From the human T2T-CHM13v2.0 reference genome, Homo sapiens, in NCBI RefSeq assembly GCF_009914755.1, contig NC_060931.1: a DNA stretch of 64,000 nt. One strand, written 5' to 3'. Position 1 is the first letter of the stretch. Every line of letters begins with the position of its first letter. A program made the translations under genes and the position numbers. Below are positions 15,359-30,603 of this stretch, in pieces. The notes under the pieces were generated by a model. The model was not told the DNA's origin. It saw only the letters and a program-made list of their open reading frames with translations, and ran no database searches.

Positions 15359-15650
15359 TTTTTTTTGGAGATAGGGTCTCACTGTTGTCACCCAAGCTGG
15401 AGTGCAGTGGTGTCATCACAGCTTACTACAGCCTCGACTTCCTGGGCTTAAATGATCCTCCCACCACAGCCACCCGAGTAGCTGGGACTGTAGGCGCATG
15501 CCACCATGCCTGGCTAAATTTTTAATTTTTTGTAGAGACAGGATCTTGCTATGCTGCCTAGGCTGGTCTCTAACTCCTGGGCTCAAGCAATCCTCCTGCC
15601 TCAGCCTCCCAAAGTGCTGGGATTATAAGCATGAGCCACTACACCTGGCC
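15359..15650 (-). mobile_element. AluJ
   Basis: Reverse dimer with J-type features. Confidence 0.9.
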
Positions 15651-15799
15651 TCCAGTCATTTTGAAGTACTCTTAACTGAATAATGAGCCAAAAAGACACT
15701 TGAGGAACTTCTGTACCATGACATAGAGAAGCTGAAACAAATAAGTTGGGGTAGGGGAGACTTGGATGATTTTCAGTAATTCAGGTAGTAGAAGAAAAC

Positions 15800-16860
15800 T
15801 TTTATTTTTTAAATTCTCATACAGTAAAATGGACATATTTGGATATACAGTTCTATGAATTTTAACACATGTATAGATTAGGATAACCACCATCATAATC
15901 AGGATTCAGACAGTTCTGTCACCCCAAGAAAACTCCCTTGTCCTGTCCCTGTATAGTCGTACCCTCTGCCACTCGCTAGCCTTTAGCAACCACTGGTCTG
16001 TCTTCCATCGCTATAGTTTTTTTTTTTTTTTTTTTTTTTTGAGAATGTCATATCAATAGAATCATATAGTATATAGCCCTTTGAGACTTGGTTTCTTGCA
16101 TTCAGCATGATACCTTTGAGATTCATCTAGGTTGTAGCATTTTCCTTGTTGGATGTGTGATTTGCAAATATTTTCTCCCAGTCTGTAGTTTTTCTTTTCA
16201 TTCTGTTAATGACAGTCTCTTTTGCAGAGCACAGGTTTTTAATTTTGATAAAGTCCAATTTATCAATTTTTTTCTTTTATAGATAATGCTTTTGTTGTTA
16301 TGTTAAAAATTCTCCCTAATCCCAGGTCATGAAAATTTTCTCCTGTGTTTTTTCTTCTAAAAGTTTTATAGTTTTAAGTCTTGCTTTTCAATCTATGATC
16401 CATTTTTAGTTAATTTTTGTATAAGTTGTCCTTGTATCTTAGGTGACGGCACTTTTTTTTTCCCCATGTGGATGTCTAGTAGTTCCAACAGCATTTGTTG
16501 AAAAAACTACCCTTTCTCCATTGAGTTGCTTTTGCTCCATTGTCAAAAATGAATTAACCATATTTGTATACACCTGTTTCTGAATTCTTTTCTGTTGTAT
16601 GAATCTGTGTCTGTCCCTCTGCCAATAGGACCCTGTCTTAATTCTTGTGGTTTAGAGTAAGACTTAAGATCAATTAGTGTGTTTCCTTGAACCTTATTCT
16701 TCTTTTTAAAAATTTTTTAGTTATTCTAGTTCCTTTGCCTTTCCATACAAATTTTGGAATCAGCTGTATCTATAAAAATTCTTGCCAGGAGTTTGATTGT
16801 AATTGCATCAAGTCTGTAGATCAGTTTGGGGAGAATTGACACCTCTAACTATGTTGAGCC
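15800..16860 (-). mobile_element. L1M (MC/MD) 3'UTR and ORF2-end fragments
   Basis: gatttgcaaatattttctcccagtctgt; cagcatttgttgaaaa; gatcagtttggggagaattgaca. Confidence 0.8.
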
Positions 16861-17266
16861 GGAAAACTTTTTTAAAAGAATATTTAATGCCTTTGTATAG
16901 ATGAGACGCTAAGTCCAAGCTGCAAATATAGGATATTATAGGAAAAGGAGCAACAAGATGACAAGAAAGAGCTATAGAAATTAAAATATGATAGCAGGAA
17001 TCTAGATTGAGTAGAATATTCGGAAGATAAAGTTAGGGAGATTTCCCTTAAAATAGAACAAAATATAAAGAGATTAAAGATGAGACAAAGATTGGAAAGT
17101 TAAAGGATCTAGCTAGGAGGTCCATTATCCAAATATTGGAGTTCCAAAAAAGTAGAGCAGGGAAATGAAATGGACAGGCAGGAATGATCAAAGAATTTAT
17201 CCTAGAACTGAATGAAGGAGCTGGATTTCCATATTAGAAAAGTGAATTTTAAAAAGAACCACATGA

Positions 17267-17495
17267 TTTCATGGAGATAGAAAATGGAATGGTAGTTACT
17301 AGGGGAAGGGGAAATGAAGAGCTAGTGCTTAATGGGTATGGACTTTGAGTTTTAGAAAATGAAAAAATTTTGGACTTGAGTGGTGGTGATGGTTGCACAA
17401 CAATGTGCATATACTTAATGCCACTGAATTGTATGCTTAAAAATGATTAAAATGGTAAATTTTGTGTTATGTATATTTTACCTCAATTAAAAAAA
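17267..17495 (+). mobile_element. L1MB-type 3' end within a probable older L1-derived segment
   Basis: ggtgatggttgcacaacaatgtg...cttaatgccactgaattgta...aaaatggtaaatttt. Confidence 0.8.
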
Positions 17496-18024
17496 CAGAA
17501 CCGCACCAAGGCATATCAGTGAAATTTTATAGCTATGGAGATCCATGGGAAGATAAAGAGAAGATCCGAAAATTCCACAGAGAGCAAAACTAGTGACATT
17601 TAAATGTATTGGGAATTAAGACACCTAGCAGTAATATTGTAAGCTAGATGATGATAAGATAATTACTTCAAAATTGTCAGCAACCTTGTCGAAGGAGAGA
17701 GTAGAAGAAAAGGACAAAAAAATTACCTTTAATTGTTTTCTTTCTCAGTAGGCTACTAGAGGATGTGCTCTAGCAAAATGAGGGCATAGTTCAAGAGGTA
17801 GGAAGATTTAGCCTAAGACTGTACAGCAGAACCAGATCCAGAATGAAAAGCCCTAGGATGACAGTTGTACAGCAGGCCCATAGAGTATCTGGCCCAGATT
17901 GGTGTAGGAGGGGATCTCGGAGTAGGGAGTGCAATAGGAGTTATGATAGATTATTTTGCATATGGAGAATAATGTGGATATATAATGATGAATCTGATGG
18001 AACATTTTGGAAAAAATAAGAATA

Positions 18025-18395
18025 TGGTCGTGTGTCACTTAAAATGGGGATACATTTTGAGAAATACATCATTAGATGATTTTGTCATGTGAACATCATA
18101 GAGTATACTTATACCAACCTAGATGGTATAGCCTGCTATACACCCAGGTTATATGTAAAAGCCTATTGCTCCTAGGCTATAAACCTGTACAGCATGTTAC
18201 TGTACTGAATGCTGTAGGCAGTTGTATTGTAACCAAATGGTAAGTATTTGTATATTGAAACATATCAAAACATAGAAAAATTATAGTGAAAATACAGCAT
18301 CATTGGATATATATAGTACTCTATATAAGTACAGTATTTGCCACATAACATTTTGGTCAACAATGGACTGCATATATTATGGTGGCCCCCGTAAG
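18025..18395. mobile_element. Tigger3-type DNA transposon fragment
   Basis: ggggatacattttgagaaat...acctagatggtatagcct...ctcctaggctataaacctgtacagcatgttactgtactgaat. Confidence 0.8.
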
Positions 18396-19056
18396 TGCAA
18401 AAAAGATAACAGTTATCAATTCCAGGAAAGTCAAGAAAGACAATTTATGTATTAGTTAGAATGCCTTCAAATTCAAGAAATAGAAAACTTATTTGAGCAT
18501 GAACAATGATAAATTTATTTTGTCACACAAAATGGCATAAACAATTAGAATGATTTATCATCTTATTCAGCTGAACTCAGATAGGATGGATCAAGGACTG
18601 GTTAATTCAGTGATTCAATGACATCATAAAGAATTAGGATTCTTTGCATATTCTTGTCTTCCACTTTCAGCTTTGTCCTTTCTGTCTCTAGACAACATCC
18701 ATAAACAGAAGAAATGATTTATTACTATGAGTTTCATTTTATGATCCAGAAACCTCTCCTAGATCACCCAGTAGAGTTTCTCTGTGCCTCACGACCAAGA
18801 TTGCATTGCCTGAATAGTGAGAATCATTGTTACAGAAATAACTACTAGAATCATTGATGAAGATGAAGTAAATGTAGGGAAAACAGGTGGAAGATTATAG
18901 AAGGGAAAACAGATGGAAGATGGGTTATTATAGTCTGCCAGGCAGGAGAGTATGGCAGGCCAGAACTAATACAAAGGGAGTGGAGGTTTGTAGCACTTGG
19001 AAAATGACTGCATTAAAGATTCACTACTTAACATTGGTTAATGTTTCAGACAGCTA

Positions 19057-19362
19057 TTTTTTTTCTTTTTTTTTTTTTGAGACAGGGAATCACTCTGTCA
19101 CCAAGGCTGGAGTGCAGTGACATGATCAAAACTTACTGCAGCCTTGACCTCCTGGGCTCAAGGGATCCTCCCACCTCAGCCTCCTGAGTAGCAGGTACTG
19201 CAAGTATGTGCCACCATGGCTGGCTAGTTTTTTTATTTTTTGTAGAGATGAAGTCCCACTATGTTGTCCGGGCTGGTCTTGAACCCTTGGGCTCAAGCAG
19301 TCCTCCCACCTCCGGCCTCCCAAAAGTGTTGGGATTACAGGTGTGAACCACTACCTGTGGCC
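19057..19362 (-). mobile_element. AluJ
   Basis: Reverse dimer; TSD tcagacagct. Confidence 0.9.
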
Positions 19363-19933
19363 TCAGACAGCTTTTTAATAGTTAAGCTTTTCTGTTTCCA
19401 GTCAAGAATTTATTTTATCTCCCTCCCCTGAACTACTGATATTATTATTTATTCCTAAAATTCAAGTACCTACAAACAATTTTTAAAGTTTGTATTGATA
19501 ATATGCAAAACACTACTGGGCACTGCAGATTTGAAAAAACAAAAACAAGAGTATAGATGTAGTCCCTAACTTTAAGGAACCTAAGCTCACCTTAGAGCAG
19601 TAAGAAATTTACACAAAATATCAGTAATAAAAGGTAGTTTATGCTTAGGTCAAAATTAGTTTGTAGTAAAGAACCTAAAATTGTAAATTCCACTGTAATA
19701 AGGTATATGAGTGTGCCTTTAAAAAAATTTTACAGTGACTACTATATTGAAGGGTTTTAAGTAAGGAAATTGCATTTTAGATGCATAAGGATGTTTGCCA
19801 TGTACATTTATCATACATACTTTTGTAAATCTAGTAATTTTCTTTGTGGTCATTTAAAAAAAAAAAGCAATGTTTCAGAACAGGAGCACTAGCTCAGCTG
19901 CATTAGCTGGGAGAGAGAATCTGGTCATTCTTA

Positions 19934-20228
<295 letters not shown>

Positions 20229-22131
20229 TCAGTCTCTGCAGTTTTTAGCCACATCCCATGCCTCAAAGCTACCTATACCTCCAATTTCTGAGACTTTTTG
20301 GTGTTCTTTAACAAAAAGTAGGCTGCTTTTTTTTCTTTCTTGGTTGTAGAATTAGGTTTGACCTTTGCTTACTCAATTTAGCTTTGCTAAACTAGTTGCC
20401 TGTTGTGTATTTGTTTTCCAGTTTTCAAAATTCCAGCTTTTTTGAAATTTTTCATCAGCTCTTGTTTCCTCTCATTCTTTTTGACCTTGTAGATTTATCC
20501 TTTTTTCTTAATTTATTCTCACTTAATGGGATTTCAGGAGCATATTGACTAAGTTTTCATTTTTACATGTATACTGGGGAGTATGACATAGACATCTCTG
20601 TACTTAGATATTACTGATGTAAGTCTACTTTGAATCAAATGAACAGATGTTTAAAAAGTATTGTTCCCAATTGTTTTAATGATTTCTTCCTGTGAGTTGG
20701 GGTGGTGCTGCCCATCACCAACTCAGGACGGTATTTGAAAATACCTGGAAAAATTGTAACAATGTCTGGAAAACACTGCAGATATTTAATTGGCAGAGGT
20801 CAGGGATGATTAACATTGCGAAATGTGAGGGACGGTCCTACACAGTGAAAAATTAATTCAATCCCAAATGGCAAGAAGAAGACAGGAGGTGTATTAACCT
20901 GGAAAAACTGTGCCAGAAGGACAGGGACATAGAACTGGGGGTGATGCACCATTCTGGAATTGGGATTAAGTAGAAGTGCACAAACTAAATGGCGAGACCT
21001 CCCCCAGCTTCTTTCCTCCACTTAGCCTAAAGGAATAGACCTAAAGATTTTGACAGTTGGGGTACATAATGAAACCACCAACTCACTTTCATTGTACAGT
21101 AGCCCTTGCTGGTTGCCTAACCCCTGCTATTATAAATAATGCCAAAATAAGCATCACTGTACATGTCTCTTTGTGTACCTGTTATAGGAGTTATCCTAGG
21201 ATAATATCTATTAATTTTTCAAAATTATAACCCACAATAAGTAATTTTATATCATAACCTTATATACACATACACATGCCATATGTCTTTGTGTGTGGTA
21301 TATCTACATCTATATATAATAAAAAAGTTTTGCAAAACTACACTTAGTATATAGATGCACACTGATCTTTTTAGCTTGTTAAAAGTTGGTCTCATTACGT
21401 CTCATTTAGATACAGAAAATACATATATTAGGTAATACATAGAGGTGAATATATGTAAAATCAGGATTCTAGGCCCAAGGCATATTTATTTTCAACATGA
21501 ACAAATACTGTAAAATTATTCTACAGAACAATTGTTCCAAGTTGTACCTCCACCAGCAATGAGTAATGACTTCAATTTGTGTTTCCAAACTCATTTACCA
21601 ATTTAATAGGTAGAAGTGGCATCTGTGACAGACACAGACACTGTATATATACTGACCCCATCTTTATTTCTAAAACTTTAAAAATTCCTGTCTCCACTAT
21701 GGAAACCTTAAAAGGTCGAAAGTTTATTCCCTAGGAGAGGAATCCAAGTTTCCAGATACCAATCATGGGCCAGTCTTGCAAGGAGGCCTTTGTAAGGATA
21801 GCCATCTCAAGCCTGATATGTTAACTCTTTTCTGCATGGTCCACTCCCTTGGCATTTAGCCAAGGTACCTTGACAGCTAAGCCCTTTAGAGGTCCAGAAT
21901 GTGGCCAGTTAAAACAAATTTCATTGATTATAAAGGTCTATCATAGAAAGCCAGGTGGCTTCCGCCTTCAGTTTCTGCATTTTAGTTTCGTTTTTATCTG
22001 GCCTGAAGATAAATTTGGACAGCACATATCTGGTTAAGTTGAATCATCTAGTTCTTCAGGCTTTTCAGAAGTGTCCTGATAATCAGGGTACACATGAAAG
22101 GAGTGCATTTCCAGAGGACACTCATAGTACC

Positions 22132-22546
22132 TGATATGGTTTGGATCTGTGTCTCTACCAAATCTCTTGTTGAATTGTAATCTGTAATGTTGAAGTTGGG
22201 CCTGGTGGAAGGTGATTGGATCATGGGGGCGAATTTCTCATGAATGGTTTAGCACCATCCCCTTGCTGTGATAAAGAGTGAGTTTTTGTGAGATCTGGTT
22301 GTGTAAAAGTGTGTAGCACCTTCCCCCTTGCTCTTTCTCTTGCTCCTGCTCCCACCATGTGAAGTGTCTGCTCCTCCTTTCCCTTCCGCCATGATTGTAA
22401 GTTTCCTGAGGCCTCTCCAGAAGTGGAGCAGATGCGGTCATCATGCTTCCTGTACAGCCTGCAGAACCATGAGCCAGTTTAACCTCTTTTCTTTATAAAC
22501 TTCTCAGTCTCAGGTATTTATAGCACTGTGAAAATGGACTAATACA
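22132..22546 (+). mobile_element. MST-type MaLR solo LTR nested in the MER21 internal region
   Basis: TGATATGGTTTGG...GGACTAATACA; TSD gtacc/gtact. Confidence 0.9.
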
Positions 22547-22602
22547 GTACTCCTGGAAACAAAGAATTCACAATTGTTAGGATACTCCAAACAGGACATA
22601 TG

Positions 22603-22745
22603 CAGACAGTCCTTGACTTAATGATTATTTGAATTACAGTTTTTTGACTTGGTTTACAGGGGTATTAAATGCATTTTTGACTTGTGGTTTTGATTTACAG
22701 TGGCTTTATTCAGATGTAACCCCATCATAAGTCGAGGAGCATCTG
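22603..22745. mobile_element. Tigger-family MITE (Tigger5/MER47-like)
   Basis: TIRs cagacagtccttgactta / taagtcgaggagcatctg, followed by TA. Confidence 0.7.
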
Positions 22746-22950
22746 TATTAGTCAGGCAGTCCCCAGTATGAACTCTTACCATTGGGTCTCCTGCCCAAGG
22801 GTTTCCAGTCCAATTAATTCAGTTTGGTATTTGGCTTCAAGAATGCCTAAATACAGTCAGTTCCAAACAGATTTGCATGTCCATGTTACGAGTTCATTTG
22901 CCTCACATCTATGGATGACAATATTTATGGATGTTCTGTGTGAAAGTGCA

Positions 22951-23562
<612 letters not shown>

Positions 23563-24248
23563 GAATTTTTTAAAAAAGGAAAAAGAAAATGCAGAAGCTG
23601 GGCCAGCCTCTGCTGTCTCGTAGTCAGGGCTGTTAGGTGTAATCATAGGCTCAGCAGTCGGTTTGAGTTCAAAGTGCTGAAGACATTTAGGAAGGCAGCA
23701 TGGAGAAGTTTTCCTTCAGGAAGAGAGGAACCCTTCCAAAAACAGTTCTGAAAAACAAATCATTTCCTATGCCTCCCTAGGTGCCAGGTTTTTGTTTTAT
23801 GTCTTGTTACAAAATGTGTCCCATTTAACAATCTTAACTTTATAGTTTTCCAGCTATCTCTTGTTCTCACCCAGACTTTTTATCCCAAAAGGTTGAGTGC
23901 AAGAGGGACAAAAGCATTTTCTTAGAACAATATATTTATATAATTTGACCAGAAAGACACATTATATTCAGGAATTGGTCAGGATGAACTCTGAATTTTC
24001 AAAAATTTTTGTAATGAATTTACATAACTTCCCCACTCTTTTTTTCCTAACCAATTATCTGGTGAGCAGCCTAGGAAAAAATCCCATTTTGGGGAAAGCT
24101 TCCTTTAGTAATCAAACTGTCCCACTAAGATGTGTGTGCGAGGAGAAAGGTAAGGGAAGTAGACTCAGGTTTATCAGTCTATTGTTGTAAGTTGCAATGA
24201 ATCAAGAAACCCAAACACAAGGCAAAAGCAGTGAGACATCCCCTAGAG

Positions 24249-24572
24249 CAGTGGTCCCCAACCTTTTTGGTACTAGAGACCGCTTATGTGAAGACAGTTT
24301 TTCCACGTACAGCAGAGTGGGGATGGTGTCGGGATGAAACTGTTCCACCTCAGATCATCAGGCATAATGAGCATACAGCCTAGATCCTTTGTGTGTGCAG
24401 TTCACAATAGGGTTTGCACTCCTATGAGAATCTAATGCTGCACTGATCTGACATGAGGCAGAACTCAGGGGGTAATGTTCACTTGCCCGCTGCTCACCTC
24501 GTGCTGTGTGGCCTGGTTCCTAACAGGCCATGGCCAGGTACCAGGCTACAACCTGGGGTTTGGGGACCCCTG
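24249..24572. mobile_element. MER1B (hAT-Charlie)
   Basis: TIRs cagtggtccccaacc / ggtttggggacccctg; 8-bp TSD ccctagag/ccctaaag. Confidence 0.88.
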
Positions 24573-27438
24573 CCCTAAAGGGAGTCCAGAATCCAGTCTG
24601 TCAGGAATAGGTGTGGAGGGATCATACTTCTTGTGATGTGCGCCAACTTGTAGCTTTTGGCAGGAATCACAAATTAAGAATGCAATTAGCCACTTAATCA
24701 GAAATATAGAGTCGATCAGCAGCTCAATTTTAGATTGTCCCATCAGAGAATAAGTCCTTTCCTGTGGGCATTTGGATGTGACCCAGACAATCCAGCTGGC
24801 ATCTACTGATGTTTTTCATAGTTTAGGGCCCACAGAGGGGTGTCCTAAATTTGCAGCAGTCCCAGAGTCACAGTTCTATTCATTGAGCCTGTTCCTGCTT
24901 TTAGTTCAGCAGAGCTCATGCTGAGAGGCTGAAACAGCCCATATCAGACAGCATGAGGTTTTAGCTAATAGGCCCAGGTAATTAGGACCTGTGAATTTAA
25001 CATTCCCAAAAAGCTTGCAGTTAGTCTTTGCAGCAAGAAAGCTGAGACTCTGTAAAACCAGACAGCTGTGTTCCATGTCCAAGTGACAAGGCTTTTTCTT
25101 AAGCCTTTTTTATCCTGGCAACCTTAGAGTCCAAATTGACCCACTCAAAAAACAAACAAACAAGCACACACACACACATACACACACACATCAGGGTGAA
25201 AAATTGTCAGCCTCTACGGGTCAGAATCTGATTTTACAAGAGCTCATTAGTAAATAAAAACTGGTTTTTAAAACTAAATGTGTATCTACATCTGGAAATT
25301 GCTTCTCTTTAACTGCAGACATTCTAGTAGGCAAAAATCATCAGCTATGGAGACTTATTCTGTTTCTGATATTCAGAGTGTTCTGCTCACCAGTAGCAGA
25401 AAGCAAGGGAGTTTTGTCCCATTAACTGTTCTTCTTTTCAGCTTTCCTGATTGGGATGATCCCTCTAGCATTTATGAAATTACAAGCATATAACATTTTA
25501 CATCACTTTCATCATACATCCAGATGCAATGCCCACAAAATACAAAATGATTCTGTGAAAATTTCCTTTTTCCTTATAATAATTACATGTTTATTTAAAC
25601 TCCTAGCAGTAAATTTCTCATTTATAGATTCATATTACAGTGGTGGAGGTGGGAGGATTTGTGTAGATCTTGGATGGAAACGCAAGGGTGATGGGGTTGG
25701 TGTAGCAGCAGCTAGGCTTAAGAAACGTTTGGAGGGCACCCCCCCCCCCTTTTTTTCCTCTTGAGTTTTAAGCTTTACTCCAGCCTTGGGAGTTGATTTA
25801 ACCTTTATCCCTGGCACTTGGAGGAGAAAACAGTGTAAGCTTTTAACATTTTTTGCCCACTCAGTGCTCACTTTTAGTAATATTTGGACTCTTTCTCCTC
25901 CTATCTCAGGAAAGAACAAAAACAAAAGACATCACCTTGGATGTATCCCCCAACCCCCAACTTTAGCCAAAATTGCCAAAGCAGCCAAGGGATCAGCAGG
26001 TGAACTCTCCCAGCATTGGATCTATCATTCTCAAATCTCGCTGACAACTTTTATCTCTCATAACAAAAAGCAGCTTACCTACTGTTTCATATTATGAATA
26101 ATTCCATAGCTGCCCAGGCATCAAAGTTTGTGATACTCTACCTATTCATCCTTTCTTTTCCCAAACAGTGCATTTGCCATATTTTAGTGAGATGGTCTGG
26201 TAAATCCCACTTCTGACACCACTTTTTTCAGGTGTCCTCAAGACCCTGCCAGGTTCAGTGATTCCCTTAGAGAACTCACAGGACTCAGCGTGTAGTTTAA
26301 AGCTAGACTTACAGGAAAAGGATTCGAAGCAAAATCAGCAAAGGGAAAGGGTTCATGGAGTGAAGCCCAGAGGAAGCCAAGCACAAGCTTCCAAGAGTCT
26401 TCTTCCCATGGAATCATACAATACTTATGTAATTTACATAATTTATCCAGTGTTGAATTATGACAATGTGTATGAAATGTAATCTGCCAAAGAAGTTCCT
26501 TAGAGACTCGGTGTCCAAGGTTTTGATTGACAGCTGGTCACATAGGTACCTTCTAACTAGCATGTACCAATATTCCAGACTTTCTGAAGAAAAGCAGGTG
26601 ATTAGCATATACTGCATTATTTATACAAACAATTTGGGCACTTTGAAGGACTCCTATCAGTTAGGGTGGTGGGAACCCTCCTGAAATCCAAGTTCCCAGA
26701 CACCAGCCATGGATCAACCTTGCAAGAGGCTTTTCTAAGGATAGCCATCTGAAGCCTGCTATGTTAACTCTTTTCCATATAATAAAGTAGAATGTCCTCA
26801 GACAAATGGGGCTGAAATTGTAATATTGAATAAACTTAGTTTAACTTAATAAATTCATTTAGGTTCAGCAGGACAATGGAGAAAAAAGGAGAGTTCCTAG
26901 GAGTGAAATAGTTTTGTACTCTGACACAATATAATACCTCTAGATTTTCCCTTGTAGTAATAATAATGGGTAATAAACAGTACCTAATGGTGGAGGACAC
27001 AGCAAAATTAGGAAGACTCAATGACTTTGAAACAGTGGGTGGTGGAGCGAGTTCTTTTCCAGTGAATATAATCTAAACAGTTTTGTACAGCAGCAATTTG
27101 TAGTTGTTCTTTGTAGTTAGTTTGAGAAAGGGAATTGTTGTCTTTTAATATTATTTTGTAAACTTGTACTAATTTTATATGTACATAATTATTAAAGATA
27201 TATTAGAGAGAAATCAGTTCCCCAAAGTGTAAACATAGAATTCACTTTTTAAAAAAATTTCAAGCATTTAACACTGCTTAAAAGCAGTAAAAATTATTTC
27301 AAAAGATATTTGACTATAGATTTCTAAACTTCGATACATAGTGTGTAATTTTTATTTTTTCTTTAATAGAAAATATGATTGATTTAGGTTTATGGGGCCC
27401 CAGTTGAGGCTAAAAGTTCACCTTTTGGGGCATAAGTA

Positions 27439-27732
27439 ATTTTTTTTTCTTTCTCTCTTTTTTGAGACAGGGTCTCTGTCACCCAGACTGGAGTTGAGTG
27501 GCGCCATCTCGGTGCACCACACCCTCCGCTCCCCAGGCTCAAGTGATCCTCTCACCTCAGCCTCCCAAGTAGCTGGCATTACAGGCACGTGCCACCATGC
27601 TTGGCTATTTTTTTGTATTTTTAGTAGCGACAGGGTTTCACCCTGTTGCCCAGGCTGGTCTTGCCAAGCAATCCACCTACCTCTGCCTCCCAAAGTGCTG
27701 AGATAACAGGCATGAGCCACCACGCCTGGCCA
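27439..27732 (-). mobile_element. AluJb-like with small deletion
   Basis: Reverse dimer; TSD gcataagta. Confidence 0.9.
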
Positions 27733-28888
27733 GCATAAGTACTTTTTGTGTCTGTCTTAGATGCATCAGCTTTGAGACCTTGGCTTCCTAATTCCAAGAT
27801 AAACCCTTCCAGTTTAACATGTTCACTTATATTTTTGCATTAAGGACAATACATTATTCAAAAATTATGAAAGCCAACACTGAATAGAGATGCCGAAGTT
27901 ACTAAAATTACACTATTTGCCAACAGCACCACAGTGTAAGAGCTTGAAATGTTTACTTTTCAGTCACTGTATAAAATCCTGAATTCAAAGTTTGAAAAAT
28001 AGTTGTGAAGGGGAAGTTAAAGTATAACACAACATTTTGAGTAGTTGAAAAGTCAAATGTTTAAAAGCTGAATACTGCCTATGAAAATTTTCAGCTATCT
28101 GAAAATTTACTTATTTAGAGAGCTGTGATCATTATAGGTAATTGTGTTTTCATGGGAAATAAAAAAGTAAGAGTCATGTTTCATACAGTAGTTGTATTCC
28201 AAGTTTCGACAGTTTTCTGCTTGTAGACCTCATGCTAGCTATTTTCAGTGTTCATTTGCCAGTTTGTCAAAAAGAGGCAGGCTTTTGAATATAGCTTTTG
28301 CAGCTATTTTCATTTCTTCTCTAACTACAGTATCATTTTTTACACTGTGAAAGCTATGTAGATCTAAAAGATATCTAAGAGGAGCCAGAATATATTGTAT
28401 TATCTCCTTGCTTACTGAGAAACCTCAGACAGCCAAACTGCCATAGATATTTTTATTACTGTCATGATAATACTTTTGTGTTTATGTAGCCATTTTATTT
28501 GGAATGCTGCCATGTTAAGATACTGGAATAACAGAAAAGTGAATTTTAATTCTGGAATTTATATTATAGGGAAGTTGCTTTCTCGGTTAAAATATTTTTC
28601 TCAGCTCAGGTAATTTTCGCTACCCTCTAATACTTGGAAGTTTTCCTGCAAACTGGGTATTCATGAACTTCTTTCAGAGTAAAGCCACATTGGACTTCAA
28701 CTTAATATGCAGTTTGGTAAGCTAGGCCCCAAATCTCCTAAATCAGACTTCATTTTTAGCAACATTTCAGACTAAGACCTCTTTGCTCCCTGCCAAAGGT
28801 GTGTGTGTTTTGCACATACTTCCAGTATAAGGTCTGTCTCCTGCTCCTGGTTTTGTACTTAGGAATTCTGTGTCCCCTTCAGTTAGTA

Positions 28889-29356
<468 letters not shown>

Positions 29357-30024
29357 ACTTTCCTTATTCTTTACTTTAGATGAATACAGGTTAACATTTC
29401 AATATAATATTTGTGACATTTAAACTGTACCTTAAGTTATGTTCATTAATGTTTGCACTCAAGCAGAGTTTTTTTGTTTATAACAACGCACAGAATACCT
29501 TAGATTTTAACAATCTGTTTTAGTAATAGGATGAAGATAATGAGGCATGTACTGGGGAGTCAGGGCACATAAGGAACAGAGGCTACAGTGTATTACCTAT
29601 GGGGAATGTAAAATTTCCTAGTAGACTCTGCCCTGATTGCCGTTACATTTCTAAAGGCCTTCTTTATTGTCAGTTGGTCAATCAGATTCAGCCTTTTTAT
29701 CTCAAGTCCATTTTCTGAGTGAACTACACCAGTTTCATCTTACTGTAATACTTTCTAATGCTTTTATTGTTATTGTTTGTTTCCTAAATCTTTATGGACT
29801 TAAAAACTAGTTTGCCAGTGTTTGACATCTCAGTTCTTAAAAGAATAAAAGGGGGAAATTAACATTAAGTCATTTTAATTTTTAAAAATTCATATTTTCT
29901 TACCATTTTCTTTTCTTTTTTCATTTGTTCCTTCTTTTACCTTTCTTCCTTCATTCATTCATTTGTTCCTTCTTTCTTTCTTTTCTTTTTTCACATAGAG
30001 AAGTACATAATGTATTGTCCTAAA

Positions 30025-30198
30025 TGGAACTTGTGATTTACTTATGGCCCAGCTTAATAATTTGTACGTGATTGCGTAGAGATTAGATGTTTGGTACCCA
30101 AAATAGTAGTGAATAGCATTGATTTTTCTTGGAATGGCCTTTCTATTCATTTTCCAGTGAACAACTGGTCCTTCAAGGGTTTGTGAATTTAAGACATT
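30025..30198 (+). repeat. Dispersed direct repeat, copy 1
   Basis: About 87% identical by hand alignment to 31584-31760. Confidence 0.9.
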
Positions 30199-30353
30199 GT
30201 TTTAATTTTATTCAATGACATTTTATAGCCAAATTTAGGATAAGCTTTTTAGGTATCTAGCGTAGAAGGTAATTATTTACTTAGAACAACCCGTGAATGT
30301 TTGGAGGTTTTATGAGTGGAGGTTTTATGGTTAAATCTTGGAGTAGAGGCTAG

Positions 30354-30603
<250 letters not shown>

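Noticed and set aside
26203-26221. Possible tRNA gene
   Set aside because: Only the 3' 19 nt with encoded CCA is present, next to an LTR. It is a primer-binding site with no cloverleaf.
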